A DNA stretch of 63,378 nt, the filler included, from Sphacelaria rigidula (lineage: Eukaryota), in assembly GCA_964200075.2 (NCBI GenBank). It is 9 parts of 9 records of this genome, joined end to end, with 100 filler letters (N's around TTAATTAATTAA, not from the genome) between each part and the next. Parts side by side here need not be neighbours in the genome. Positions count along the whole stretch, not along the records: positions 35,267 to 42,219 come from CAXNAA020017234.1; positions 42,320 to 49,272 come from CAXNAA020017235.1; positions 49,373 to 56,325 come from CAXNAA020017236.1; 6 more parts are not named here. One strand, 5' to 3'. A model generated the notes under the pieces. That model had not been told where the DNA came from and ran no database searches. It saw nothing but the letters and a program-made list of their open reading frames with translations. Below, in pieces: positions 37,188 to 50,838 of the stretch (the stretch's first letter is position 1; every line of letters begins with the position of its first letter). The position numbers and the translations under genes are program-made.

Positions 37188-40100
37188 CATCACCCCGAGT
37201 TGTCTAGTTACGTTGGCATTGCAGGATCCACGGTGATCTGGTCCTTCCGGAACGTTCCTACCTTGTTCCTGCTTGTGCTGCGTCTGCATACATGTGTGGC
37301 ATCAGTCTCTGATATGTCACTGCAAAGAGATATCCTCCACGTTTCCCCCCCCCTTTATGCGCCTCTAGCCCATCGAGGCTGTGGCTGGTGGAACGAGGCG
37401 ATCATCAGCTTCGCTGATGATATAATCATGGAGGTTTCTCTGAGTGACAATCATTGATTGAGTCACGCCACCACTAATTGCAAGGGTAGCCCTTCTCTAT
37501 ACTGTGGTATTGAGTAAACACCCCCAGTAAAATTTTGCTTTCTTTGGTCAGTAACGGTGCATGTATTCCAAACCCTCTATTTTTTCTGCAATGTAGCTGT
37601 CATTTGTGACATGTTTCCACCAGATATATTTGCACTTGGGCGCTGGTTGCATCTGCTGGTATGCATGACTGGGCACTGGGACACTGATCGGTCCACGGGT
37701 GCCTGGGTTATTCCTGCCCGGGTTCTGGGATGCCTTCGGTTCTGCGGACACCTGAGTAGGGTTAAGTCTCGGGTTAGTAACAAGGCGGTGTTGAAGATAC
37801 ATACACGTTTGTTTGTTTTTTCACCTGGGAGCATTATGCTCTTTTGGCTAAACACCGTCAAAAGGACCCTTACTTCTTGTATTGTGTCAAATAACTGCAT
37901 ATATATGTGTGACACATTTTTTATGGGATGCTTTTGCACTTTGGTGCCGGTTGCATCAGTTAGGTATACCTGACTAGGCACTGGGACACCGTCTGGTCCA
38001 CGGGCGCTTGAGGTATTCTTGCCCGGGTTCTGGGATGCTTTCGGTTCCACTGACACCGGAGTATAGGACAAAGTCCTCGCATGAGTACCAAAACGGTGGG
38101 TCTGATGTTTATCTTGCGAGCATTGTGCTCTTTGGTGAAACATCGACATGATATTTGCTTCATATAATTTTGTGTCATATTAGAGTGTCCCACGTGATCT
38201 ATTTCCACAAGATGCGTTGCACTTTGGTGCTGGATGCATCTGCTGTTTCTACATGCCTGGGCACTGGGACACTGATCGGTCCACGGGCGCCTGGGTTTTT
38301 CATGTCCGAGTTCTGGGATACCGTCGGTTCCGCTGACACCGAAATAGTACAACGTCCTCGTGTTAGTAACAAAGCGGTGCATGCGATGTTTTCGACCTGT
38401 GAGCATTGTGCTTTTTTGTCGAAACATCGTCAAAATGATCAGCACTACCCCAATTGCTGAGAGATCATCTTCCTTGGGAAGTTGCACTCCAGTCACCGTT
38501 GACATGTCAGATATTTTTCCGTTCATGTCTGCATTGTTCTCACGTCATTTTTCGTTTTCTTCTCTTGTGACTCTCCTTGATCTCCGAATTGTAACTCCGG
38601 GCTACTGCTCAACCCTTGAGCGTTTTGCTAGGACGCTCGAACAGTCACATCCGTTTCCGTTACCCGGTACTTTCGGATTTCGACTCCGGATGTGAGCGCT
38701 TTGCTAACCCGTTGTCATGACGGTATATATCGAGGAGGTGTCTACCTTGTGGTGTTTCGTCAGCTCGATAGATTAGGTCAGCTGCTGGGCTGTAGCTTTT
38801 GAGTCTCATTAATCTCCGAATTTTGACCTCAGGTTACTGTTCAACCCTTGAGCGTTTTGCTAGGACGCCCGAACAGTCTGTTAAACAGTCACATCCGTTT
38901 CTGTTACCCTGTAGTTTTGGATTCCGAGTCCGGATGTGAGCATTCAGCTAAACCCTTGTCCGGTGCTGAGCAATGCTACAGTAGGTCCGGTCAGCCGCTG
39001 GGCCGTAGCCCTGGAATCTCAACAGATATTGATAGTTGTAACGACTTCTTCGACCTGGGCCTGGCGCGTGACCTACCACTTTTTCGACACCGTAACGTTT
39101 TATTGTAGACAACGTTTCGTGTGGTTGGCCTCTCTGGTAGAGGTATCTGTTTGTCTGGGAACCACTCGCTCGATTTATCGACATCTGATGCGGGTGGTGT
39201 CTCCCGCGGGTGATATTTCTTCAAGTGAGCGGGATGTACTGACATCTCTTCAGAGTCGTCGCCTATTTTGATTATGTACACAACCGGCGATCGTCTCTCG
39301 GTTATCATGAAAGGTCCTCTCCATGGTAACTGGAGTTCGGTTTCGGCCTTCCTGAGTCCTGGTATGGTGGGTACAAGTGTACCTTTTGACTGGCTTTGGA
39401 CACTGGGGAAGATTTGAATTTGTTCTTTCTTGCGCGTTCCCTCATCTCGTAGGGCTTGTCTCGCAATTTCAAATCCAAACTGTAGGTTTTTCTGTGTTTC
39501 TTTGGAAAAATTTTCGGGTGTTGCTGCTTGGCTCTCTTCAGGCATGCCGAGTATGATGTCAATTGGTGATCTGGGCTGTCTACCGAACATGAAAAATACG
39601 GTATCTCCTGTACTGTCCTGTGATAGGATGTGTTGTACGCCATTTGGATGAACGGAAGTATGGGTGCCCAAATTTTGTTTCCAATTGACCTATGCATAGC
39701 TAACATCGCGTGCATAGTGGAGTGGGTTCGTTCTGACACTGAATTACTTTGCGGGTGTAAAAGTGCCGTGCGAGGTTTATTGAAACCCAGCTCCTGTTGT
39801 CATGCATATGTTAGCTTGTTTCCGATTTCGGCTCTTTAATTCGAACGCAGCTTTTCCGGGATGCCAAATGCCGTAAAGACTCTGTCAATTATAGTTTTGG
39901 CTATATTGATGTGGTCTGTTTTTTCGGCACCGGAATGAGCAAACCATACCTTGTTAGGTGGTTCACTACGGACAGTACATATTTACTAAGTACTCCAGCG
40001 TTTGACATCGAAGTTGTTTCGAGTTTGACTAGGTTTGCCGGCACTCTTTCGTATAGCCGTCTTACCGTAACGTGTCTCATCGGCAAATTTTGCCCGGTTG

Positions 40101-42021
40101 TGGACCGTTTTTCCGGCGTTGGCAGCCCTGACATAGCGTGCGCATGTCCGGAATAACATGAAGTTTCTCCGTTCTTGCCCCTTATCATTATCATGAAGTT
40201 TTTCCGGGGTCTACATGTGGACTCGACCGGTTGGCGATTTGTACCATTCCGTTTTTTCGTCGCCGATAACATGCCTGCTGTCCTTGACAGAATGATGTGC
40301 GTGAATGCTTGAGGTATATCAGGCGATCGAGTGCCTTCCTCGTTTATTATGCACGGCTCCACGACAGCTGCTGTTGTTGTTGACGAGGTATTTTTCGTTT
40401 TGACTAATGCGGCTTTTTTATGCCGGAACCCTCGGATTTTCTGGGGGAAAACCACTCGCACTTCTGAGATCGATGGGTCCTAGCGGTACTGGTTTTGTAT
40501 CATCCGCTGTCATGGTAGCCTGTTTTTTATCTATGAACTTTTGCTGATACATGGTACATCTGCTGCGGAATCGATTGTGATTTTTTCCAGCGAGGGTACC
40601 GTTTACTCTGGCTGCGACTCTAACGAGGGCTGGTGCACAGCATAGCGCTAGGGGCGCATCTGCATACCTGACGGGTGATCATGCGTTGTATGAGTCATAA
40701 CAGTGATCGTCCGAGATCAGGTTGCAAAGGGGAGACTGGTGTTGCGATTTGGAATCAACAGCTCCTGTTTATAACATCACTGTTTTTCTGGCTGCCGGTT
40801 GAAAATATGTCCGCCGTTTATGTAACGTTACCGATTCATTGAGGTACGGCGGAGAATGTACATGATGAGAGCCTCCACAAGCTGAGCTTCAACTTCGGCG
40901 ATGATAGCCCTTTGTGTGGTGTATTACTTTTTCCACGGCTGCTCTGACGGCTGCTTAGGAACCAACCCTCATCGTGCTCTTTCCAGCTTATGCTCCTAGT
41001 ATGTACTTGCACACCACAACCGAGGGCTGTTTTGGTGCCCTTCTGGAGGGGTGAGTCGTTGTACTGACCGAGAAACCCGGAATTCCTTCGATATATATGT
41101 ATATATATATGTGTTCACCAGACGATTGGTACTTTTCTCCCTTTCATGCGTACTGAGGTGGACTGGGCTGCGGTAAGACCATCCAATACACCTTTTTGCG
41201 CTTACTACATGGTAGGGAATGACAAGGTCGTGCATTCGCAGGTTGGGTCAATGTGCTTGTTAGTGCTATTTCTAGTCACCGCGTTTCCAGAGGTCGGCCT
41301 GCTTAATTAATTGCCGTGCCTGTCGTGCGATGGTGAAAGTTTGGTTGATAAGTGTGGATTCGCTGTTTAACCAGCCGTTCTGGTGACATATACTGCACCG
41401 TGAGGAGTCTAACTTCGCGTTCCGCTCTTTAATTAGTCATGCGGGTGACATATTAATGCACATTGAGGGGGCTAATTTCGCGTTGATCCAAACACATTAC
41501 TGCAATAACCTCTGAACTCGAATAATTAAGGACATGACCCATGCATTTCACCTGGAGTAGCGATCCTTGGGGGGCCCTAGTATTTCCGGTGTCGGGGAGC
41601 AGTCGGTTCTCGTTCCAATTTTTTACTTCTAAGGCCTGTCCTGCTTGATTTCTGTTCTGGTGTCGCAAGTGTGAGGAAGACGTACCGCTAGAGTAGTCAG
41701 CGACCTACGGGGGGAGACTGCCGTCCTGATACCGAAGGAACTCCGAGGCTGGCGATGATTTCCTCTTGTATATGTAGGGAAGAAGTGAAGTCAGACTAGG
41801 GGTGGTCGCCAGGGGCGACCAGGACCTCGGGGGATGTTGGACCGTCCTAGTATTAGGCTCTTCCTGGCATCACCCCGAGTTGTCTAGTTACGTCGGCATT
41901 ACAGGGTCCACGGTAATCTGGTCCTTCCGGAACGTTCCTACCTTGTTCCTGCTTGCGCTGGGTCTGCATACATGTGTGGCATCAGTCTCTGATATGTCAC
42001 TGCAAAGAGATATCCTCCACA
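37188..42021 (-). mobile_element. Chromovirus-type Ty3/gypsy element, non-autonomous and degraded
   Basis: Direct repeats 37188-37341 and 41868-42021 (6 mismatches in ~153 bp), with a polypurine tract at 37342-37356. Integrase remnants YVLSVVNHLTRY, LPFIQMAYNTSYH, MFGRQPRSP and WRGPF; chromodomain YGVEKVVGH...YQYLLRFQGYGPAAD at ~38980-39100. Confidence 0.9.
37590..38430. repeat. Three diverged ~295-bp tandem repeats inside the chromovirus 3' region
   Basis: GGCACTGGGACAC...GGTCCACGGG...GTTCTGGGAT recurs at ~37671, ~37976 and ~38260. Confidence 0.85.
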
Positions 42022-42159
42022 ATCGTTTGTTTTCTTCTACGATCAATGAATGTAATTACTCGAGCAGCTCGCAAGGTTATGAAATAGGTCAAAAAGAGTG
42101 ATCAGACATCACAGTCCCGAGACCAAAAAAAGGCGCCGCGATGCGATTTTTTTCTAGGC

Positions 42160-42219
42160 CGGGGGGGTGGGGGGGAGGCATACTCGCTTGTTGCTTGCCT
42201 TAGTCGTTCGACCATTGAC
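42160..42219 (-). repeat. LINE 3' tip followed by a C-rich run
   Basis: Reverse complement reads GTCAATGGTCGAACGACTAAGGCAAGCAACAAGCGAGTATG then C-rich; cut by the contig end. Confidence 0.8.
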
Positions 42220-42351
42220 NNNNNNNNNNNNNNNNNNNNNNNNNNNNNNNNNNNNNNNNNNNNTTAATTAATTAANNNNNNNNNNNNNNNNNNNNNNNNN
42301 NNNNNNNNNNNNNNNNNNNCGCCAAGCGACGCCAACCCCATCGGGGGTCCG

Positions 42352-42388
42352 CCCCTACAAAGCCGGGACGGAGTACGCCGGGTTCTCG
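42352..42388 (+). repeat. Dispersed repeat CCCTACAAAGCCGGG(A/G)CGGAG (also at 28096-28113 and ~43712-43748)
   Basis: Three copies in two contigs, two of them near contig ends, which suggests a high-copy family. Confidence 0.7.
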
Positions 42389-43047
42389 AGGGGGGGAGGG
42401 GGGGGGGGGGGTCAAACAGAACTACATAGCAGACTAAGGCAATAAAAATGTCAACACAAGCGAAGCACAGAAAGAAATGGCCTACCGAAAACAATAAAAA
42501 AGGAAAAGAAGAGGAAAGATATGAGTTGGTGATTGCTGTATTTCGAGTGTTGCCGTACCGTTCAGAGGACATTTTTGTGAAGCACAGCACATGCCACATT
42601 AGATTCTTCAACTTCTGCTCCGTATACGACGCACATGTCGTCAGGGTAGAATCGTCGCACACGGCGAAGAGACTGGGCACGGAGATGGTGTGGTACTTAC
42701 CGCTCTTGGCATCGATGACTATTTGGAGCTCTAGCTTGCCGCATCGAGTATACGTGGTGCCCACATGAGTATACCCGCAGATCGTGGAACACACGGGATG
42801 CAAAGGAGAGTTTGCGTTGAACAAGCGGTTGCGGGAACAGAAAATCTAGCGACTTCCCACGAGGTATCGTGCCTTACCCTCGCTCCTTCAACTGTCACCC
42901 GAATCCCTTGGAAGAGAGGAAGATGCTGGGTCGTTGGGTACGGGGTCGACATGAATCTAGGAGCATACGATATAGACGCCATGCGCTTCCTTTCTCGTTG
43001 ATACCGCATCGTGTATGGATCGGACGAAGGTATAAGCAAACGTCTAG

Positions 43048-43430
43048 CAGGGTGCCCCGCAATACTCTGCACCTGAGGCAGTCGATACTCTACGCACTCT
43101 TTAATTCTCAATACTTTCCAGTCAGTACTCCATACTCTGAAATACGACCACTGTTTTCAGCAGTCGACACTGCTACACTCTGGGACGCTCAGGATGGTCG
43201 GCAGTTGCACGCTCTCGCCATTCTGGATTGCTTGCTGAACATTTTCGAAAGTCGATACCCCCAGTTACTCTAGAACGCTCTGTATTTTCAGTAGTCAAAT
43301 ACTCTGGTTACTCTGGATATCAAGCATTTCGGAGAGGCGGCACTCCAGGTAGTCTGGAGTACTAAACATACTCTGGGAATCTAGTCTACCTAGAGTACTG
43401 TAATTAATCCCAAGCACATTTGGTATTCTG
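43048..43430. repeat. TACTCT/GAGTA motif array after a CAGGG start, possible hAT end
   Basis: CAGGGTGCCCCGCAATACTCTG followed by many TACTC(T) motifs; the partner TIR was not identified. Confidence 0.35.
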
Positions 43431-44917
43431 TGCTATATTAGACTGTAGCCATGAATCATATTTTTCACGCCAAATGCATGCATAAAAAACCGCAACCCAG
43501 CCACTCCCCTACAGAAATCGGCTCAGGCCCACGGCGCCATTGAAATCTGTACGGCAAAATTCATAAACTTAAAATGCTGCGTGCTGCGATGCCAGAGGCT
43601 GCCATCGTTGGCCAAAGCACGTAGACGACTGTGTCCGAAGTCATGCTACGATAGGTGTGTGGGGGTACTCATGATCTTGCATGCCGTAGGTATATGACCA
43701 TCGGCCTCGCATCCCTACAAAGCCGGGGCGGAGCACGCCGGGTTTTCGCCGGACGAGGCTCGCACTCAATCCCCGAGCGCAAGTGCCGTGATGCGTGCAG
43801 TGAGTCGCATGGAAGGATGAGCTGCATCCTGCTAAGATTGTGCGGCCCGAAGCGTACTGATTTACGATAGGGGTAGGAGAGGGGGGAGGGGGGGGGGGTG
43901 GGGTTGACTGCATGGAAGCGAGGGCTCATGGGTGTGTCAGACGACCTAGTACACTCGCGATGCGCTTGAATTCGGGTGGAAACGGTGTCAAGCGTTGTGA
44001 ACGAGTGCTGTGTATCGGTAACAAGCACGTTCGGACAGGCATTGCTGTTTTCAAAAACAAATTGAATTGTGATTTTCATGGAAGCAGTAGCCCGAAATAC
44101 TCCCAACCCCCATGGTAGCATGGCTCTCCGATGCTCGCTTGTGCTGCGTACGACCTGCGTGCTGTGGGGCTGTGGTGTAGCGGTGTATGTGTTCGGGAGT
44201 GCTCGACCATGTGCACCGTATTATTTCTCCGTAGGTGATGCTTTTTCATATCGGCGGCTGCTGGTGTAATTGGCATGTGTGCCGTAAGGTGCTGCCTGCA
44301 CATGTATGTCGTATTTTTGTCGGGATGTGCACAGAGTGCAGTCTCGTTTTGAAGAAAAAAAACGACATGCTGACGAAAAAAGACACGGCGCCGTGTGTGA
44401 AACGTTGCGTGCGCCATAAATATGTAATAGCTTGTACAGCTTGTACCGCACACGGTGTTACTCTTGCGTCAACCACTTTGACGTGTATCACATGGATTTC
44501 CAGTACCCTGCCCAGTACAGGTCGTTCTCCATTATTTGAGGGTTAATACCCCAGGAACCCGCGGAATACTCATAATCCCGGGAGTCCCTCCCCAGGTACC
44601 CTGGTATTCAATATTTTCGGCAGGAAATTCTCGAGGTTCTCTGGAATCGACGTTATTCTGGGTAGTCGCTACTCTGAAGCAGCGAATTCTGAAAATAAGG
44701 TGGAAGTCACGAGTAGCTCCAGTATCGTACGCTATCCAGAGCACTGGTGACTTTAGCCGTCACGTGCTGAGATCACCGTGTAGCACTACGAGTCATTTAT
44801 GTAGGAGGATTATTCCAGGCCGCAGCTTGTAGGGGCGCAGTTGTGTGTACGGTAGCTTTGCATCGGACGAGTGCTAGCTCAAAATATACACAGCTGGTCG
44901 TGACTATTGAAATGTAT

Positions 44918-46578
44918 CACACCCTGGACAATACAATATGTAATATATATTGCCCGCTCAATATATCGACGCGTCGGGTGGTCACTATATATTGGGCGAG
45001 CAATATGATGGCACGAGAGAGGGTCAATAAATATCGTGCCATCAATATGTCAAGGCTCGCGACATGCAATATATATCGACCGAACAATATATCACGACAC
45101 GCGCCATCCCAATATATATTGGCCGAGTAACATGTTGGTGCGAGAAGGCACCAATATACATTTGTCGAGTAATATATTGGCTGCCACCCGAGGTCAATAT
45201 ATATTGGCGACTCAATATACTCGACACCTGAGGCGCCAATATATATTGCCGCCCCAATATGTCGTGCGTCAACGCGTCCGATAAATATTGGGCGGACAAT
45301 ACACGAGGGAACCGACGGTCACAGTACATGTTGGTGCAGCAAAATATATTGATTTTCAACATGTGGGTTGGAAAGTGTATTGGAATGAGTATAGTGGGCA
45401 GTTCTTCGTTCGCGGGCGCCATTCAAAGATGTATTTTACATGCCGAAAACGCTCAATGTATTCCTCCACAAGCGTGTTCAATATATATTGGCTGCACAGC
45501 AGCTATCCGATGAGCGTGCGCAATACATATTGGAAGAACAATACTTCTGCATGGTTTGCGTTCAATATATATTATGGTACCAATATGCTACGCATCGCTT
45601 AAACTCAATATATATTGACACTTCAATACACACACGGCCTGCATGCACAATGTATACTGAATGTTTTATTCCCGGAGCAACTGCATGTCCAATATACATT
45701 GACAATGATCATGACACGAGCAATATATGTTGTTGCTTCAATGTCTCGGAGGACATCTCAACACAATATTATATATATTGAAATGACAATATTTGCGCCG
45801 GCTCCAATACAAAGTAGTGGTATCATATTGGAACATATTATATGGTCCAGGGTATAAGCAACACAGCTCCGGTGACCGCAGGGGTACCAAAAGACCCATA
45901 TCGACCCGTGTTTTCTGTCATCGTGATGTCTAGCCAAGATATATTAACTACACGCTGGGAAGGGGATGGGTGGCCCCGCAACGGTGGCCAGATAGGTATC
46001 AGGAGGCATATATACCGGGTCGCCTCTTCTGTCACCATATTTTCTGACCATTATATATATATATATATATACATCAAACGCATTCGACAACTCTCCAGAG
46101 TAATGCACGGGAACTTCTGCGCCTCCCTTTGAAGCTTTTCCCAATCTGCACGGCCTCCGGCATCCATCGCGTCTGGATCTTTTTTAAAGCGTACACCATA
46201 CTTATAACATCCGAAATATATTGACCGGCCAATACATTTGCACCCACGTAGACCCAATATATATATTGATCGGTCAATATGTTCTCACCCATGCGACCCT
46301 AATATATATTGGTCGTGCAATATGCTGTCGCCCGCGCTGACCCAATATATATATCGTATTGATGGGACAATATGTGTCCAACCCCACAGTACCAATATAT
46401 AGTGGGCGACCAGTATGTATGCAGTCCCACGACATCAATATATATATTGGGCGCGCAATGCATGTGTAGTCCAAGGGTACCAATATATATTTATATATAT
46501 TACGCCGGCAATATATTGCAAAATTCCAATATGATCGACCAATATATATTGAAAATATATTGTATTGTCCAGGGTGTG
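44918..46578. mobile_element. Non-autonomous CACAC-ended (EnSpm/CACTA-like) element packed with CAATATATATTG palindromes
   Basis: Perfect 22-bp TIR CACACCCTGGACAATACAATAT / ATATTGTATTGTCCAGGGTGTG, with more than 20 degenerate CAATATATATTG motifs inside. Confidence 0.9.
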
Positions 46579-48980
46579 AAATGCACTCACCACGTGAACA
46601 GCCCGAGATGGTTCCTAATCGAGTGACGCATTAAAATTCGATTTCGGGAAAAATATTGCTCAGCGCCTGTGCTCCGTAGGCGTGCACGTATGCCTACATT
46701 CTTGGGTAACTTTCCAAATCCCGGCATTTTCAGCTCCCCATCTCAGAACGGTGATGCTTGGGCGATGCTGCATGAAGCCTGTTTCATTCTCTTTTCGCGA
46801 AGTAGGGGAATCCGACATTTATTTCTCTATTTCAAGTTTTGGAGGTGTTTGGCGTCAGGTGCTTTTGCCGTTTGGTGCCCCGCGTCTCTGTGCATACAAT
46901 GATCGGTTTCAAAAGACAACGAGGGGGTGAACGCGTTGTCCAACCTCGGTCTGGCGTGAAAAATGATAACTTCACGCAAGACCGACACGTTGCAACCGTA
47001 TGAAATCCAGCGCACAGCGGTTGACTTTTTCGTGGTCCTTGATAAAGATATTCCGCGACGACGGGACACCGGCTGTCTCTGACCACGCGTGTCTTTCCAC
47101 CAAGAAGTCCAAGAGTCTTTTTGTATCTTGATTGACCCTCGCCTGCCTTCTCCTCCTCCTTCTCCGAGGTGTCAGTAAACCCTATTTTTCCAAGTTTGTC
47201 TGGGATACTAAAGTCAAGTAAGTCACCTGAAAAGCGTGCGGGCTACCAACCGGATGATACATGTAGTATACATGAAGATACATTAGTGTACGGGCAACGT
47301 ACCGTTGCAGCAATGTTCCGGCAAGCTTGTCCTGGCGCACTTTTTGTATTTCGTGGATGTTTTTTTAGTCGCTCCAGCTCGGCTGTTATACCATCTGTCG
47401 ACATGATTGGTTTATTGGTTTGCACGCCGCGCATACCAACGAAAATATTCAAGCCACCGTACATCTCGATACGACTGTTGGCGCCGTGGTTGCTGAAGGG
47501 CTAGCTATGTACCCCTTCAGCATAATGACGGAACAGTTTCACTAGCTGACCGTCCAGAGGTTCCAGTATTTTTGACAGGGGAGGTCGTGGGTTGCCCAAT
47601 GATCAGCAAATTCTTTCCGGATCAATTATGGTGTATCCAAGAATTTTCTAGGTCAGGCAACAGTCCTGAAGAGGAGTGGTGTGACCTTCTGATGGTTCTG
47701 GTTCGTGCAAGGATTCACGAACTTCTGCCACAAATCGCCCAATATCGCCCACCTTGAGTTCAAGCTGTATTTGACTCTTTGACCACCGACCATTGAACAC
47801 ATACGAAAAGAGGGTGCTTGGTCCTCTGCACTGTCTTAAGCACCTGCCTATTCCTTTCTGTGTTCTCACCAGTTTTGCGTTTTTGTTGTATAGCACCGAG
47901 CAGAGATAGAACCAGTGTGTGGCAGTGGAAAAAGCAAGGGTACCGCGATGTTTGTTGTGTTCAACCGCCGTTGAAAAGAAATCCGTCTCTAAGGTAAAAG
48001 CAGCAGCGTGGTGCCATGTAGAGCAGTTGAGATGATATGACATACGGTGTGACACCACAGTGCATGCAGGAGGTGCGCCAGCAACGGCTAAAAGGCACCA
48101 AGACTGGTTGCTAGGACAAAAATTGAAGTATGCTTGCTTCGGTGCATCGTGGTAGTAGCGCACCGCTCACTTACGCATGATAGCATATTGCGCACTCTCG
48201 TCATACCGAAACGTACAACCACGTGACTTAGCTCAGAAAACACGCTCAGGGGTGCTCATGCACCGATGCCCATACACTCAAAATCCACCTGTTCAGAAGC
48301 GTAGGCATATTGTGCAACTTAAGAAGCAACAGATCCGAAGCCGAATTTAAGCATGGCTGATATTGGGCGATCTAGGAGGGGGCTGGAGGCCAAAGGGTTA
48401 ACGAGAGTTCTCCGCCTTCTCGAAGAAACGGACGTCAAATAAACGATTTCCTTCGCCTTGTGATGCATGTCTCTGCTGATTATTATATCTGCGGCAGAAG
48501 AAAAGGAGGACCCACACGCAGAAAGTCGCCGGACGTGCGTCGCTGTGGTGGCGGGAGGTGTATTCTACCTCATTATCCGTTCGGGTCCTTACGGGAAAGG
48601 AAATGTGTCAAAACCCTGGCCAATGATCCGGGCCATCACGGCATGCGACCATCATCTGTAGAGGCAAAGAGCAAATATGCGACGCGTAACAAGCAAGGTT
48701 GTTTTATACGATGAGTAGCACATGGTACGTCATACTCCAGGTCAAATCTCGAAAGCTGAGCAGTAGAAACATGTGGTAAAGGGTGCAAATTTCATGCCTT
48801 AGGATCACCACCTTGTACATGCAGCACAAGCACAATAAAACTACCGTGCCACCTCTTTGTTTCTAGCGTTCACAGCTCGAAACGCTGGCGCAGGCTACCA
48901 TATACTTCACCCGCAAGATCTGATGGAAATCTCGTGACCCCAAAAAACGTTCCTTTACTTCGTCCGATGCCACACCACAG

Positions 48981-49125
48981 AGTGGTGGAGCTTGTCAAGC
49001 TGAGATTGAGAGATGCCTTGGAGGAAACGATCAAGCGGCAAGGGGGCGTTCACCACGCCATCATTCGGGATGCGTTTCTCAACTGGGATGTTGACGCTTC
49101 TGGCAAGCTCGACCCTACGGAATTG
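48981..49125 (+). CDS. Internal exon of an EF-hand calcium-binding protein
   Basis: cacag acceptor and gtgagg donor. Encodes VVELVKLRLRDALEETIKRQGGVHHAIIRDAFLNWDVDASGKLDPTEL, with the canonical loop D-V-D-A-S-G-K-L-D-P-T-E. Confidence 0.85.
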
Positions 49126-50838
49126 GTGAGGCACCTGTATCACCAGCGTTCAGCATTACTATTCAGCATTTCTGGCACAAATGACAGGAATATGTAGCTG
49201 AACATGTAGTTACGTTTTCAAGGGCCGGACAAATAATGATTCGTCTGGAAATTACTTGATTTTAGTATGATGNNNNNNNNNNNNNNNNNNNNNNNNNNNN
49301 NNNNNNNNNNNNNNNNTTAATTAATTAANNNNNNNNNNNNNNNNNNNNNNNNNNNNNNNNNNNNNNNNNNNNCTCCAACACCCCGCTCCCCCCCTACATG
49401 GGTCCCCCCCCCCCCCCCCCGCCCGCTCCTGCGCCCGCTAGGGACGGGCCGTAAAGATGAGCTCAATTCTCCTCCTGTGCCTATCGCGTCGATGCTCCTG
49501 CAGGAGTTCTTTGCTGTTGGCGTCCCCAATATTTTCATGACGGAAATCGAATTTGTTTCCCAAGCTTGTGTTCCATAGGGTACACTGGCTGAAGTTCGGG
49601 TACTTCCAACAGAAGTATAAACGAGGTGTTTTTATCGGCAATCCCCCTTCGGAACTATGTCGGAGTGTTCGGAACCGGTCTCGATACCGTGCCGAATTAT
49701 ACTGGAATGTTCGATACACATTCTGGCGTGGTTCAGTATGCAACCCAGAAATATCCCACTTGCGGGTATACGCTACAGAATGAAACCTTTTGTTCTGTTG
49801 TCGATATGTTTGTTGTTGTTGTACATATACGCACGTGACAAATCAGTGCATGGCAAATGACCGAATGGGGGATTCAACGAACGCCCTCTCTGTCATCCTG
49901 TTTGACCAAATGACGGCATGGCATGGTTGATGACGCAATACGTACGGTATGTCGTTGGTTTGTTTGGTACTGTAACGAAACTCCGCCATGCACACACGAG
50001 ATGCACACATCAGTGTGGAATTGAATAAACGCATGGATTATATGCACATGTGTGTATGTATACAGTAAGTGAGTAAATCCCCATGATGAAAAACACATTC
50101 CTCGTTATCAATTTTCAGAATTTGTTTCTTCACAAAAAATAATCCACAGCAAAAAAACATGAAAACGTAGTATCCGTCCGTTCATTGTGTGATAACCTCG
50201 TTCGCAAATCACTGCGTGTGCGGGATGACTTTTCAGGTGAACCAGATGCTGACGATAGGGGTTCAGGCGGCGTATCTCAACTCGGAGCAAGATTACGACA
50301 GCGAGGTGATCACGATGCAGCTTCGTCACGTTGAGGGTACTGAGCTTTCACTCGGAAAGATATAAGGAAGCCCAACATCCCCCCCCCCCCCTTCCCCGTA
50401 AACAAGCCTCCACAGCGCCGTGAGATCCCTTTCGTTTACTTTATACAACGGGGCCGCTACGTTGTAGCGGTATACAAGTAGCGCAAGCGATTGAATGAAT
50501 GAATTAACGTGAGACTCAGTCTGTATGTGGGTTGGGCCCTACCTACTGCCCTACCTACTGGAGGAGTAATCGTTCAAGCCAGTTTGCGACGCAGTAGTGG
50601 AACACTGCCCTACAAAGGTCTGCGTTGAAGTGGGGAAACCACTGTAGAACATATCCTCCCCCCCCACCGTAAAACAAGACTACCGCACTCCCATGAGGTG
50701 ATGTTTTACGGAAGAATCTCGACGAGAGATGACCTTTGGAAACGAGCTGGGTTTCGTCTGCGTGGCGTGGGTGCCGCATTTTCACCAGAAAAAATCAAGG
50801 TCACCGAGGGGGAGTCGTCTGAAGAATCGAGTAGGCTA

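Noticed and set aside
46074..46260. Captured kinase fragment (VYALKKI) inside the CACAC element
   Set aside because: Only one short motif, with no glycine loop or later subdomains in frame.
44918..46578. CRISPR-like repeat-spacer array
   Set aside because: The repeats are ~12 nt, degenerate and irregularly spaced, lie within TIRs, and no cas genes are present in this eukaryotic DNA.
46600..48500. Degraded minus-strand coding-like sequence
   Set aside because: No recognisable domain or consistent exon chain.
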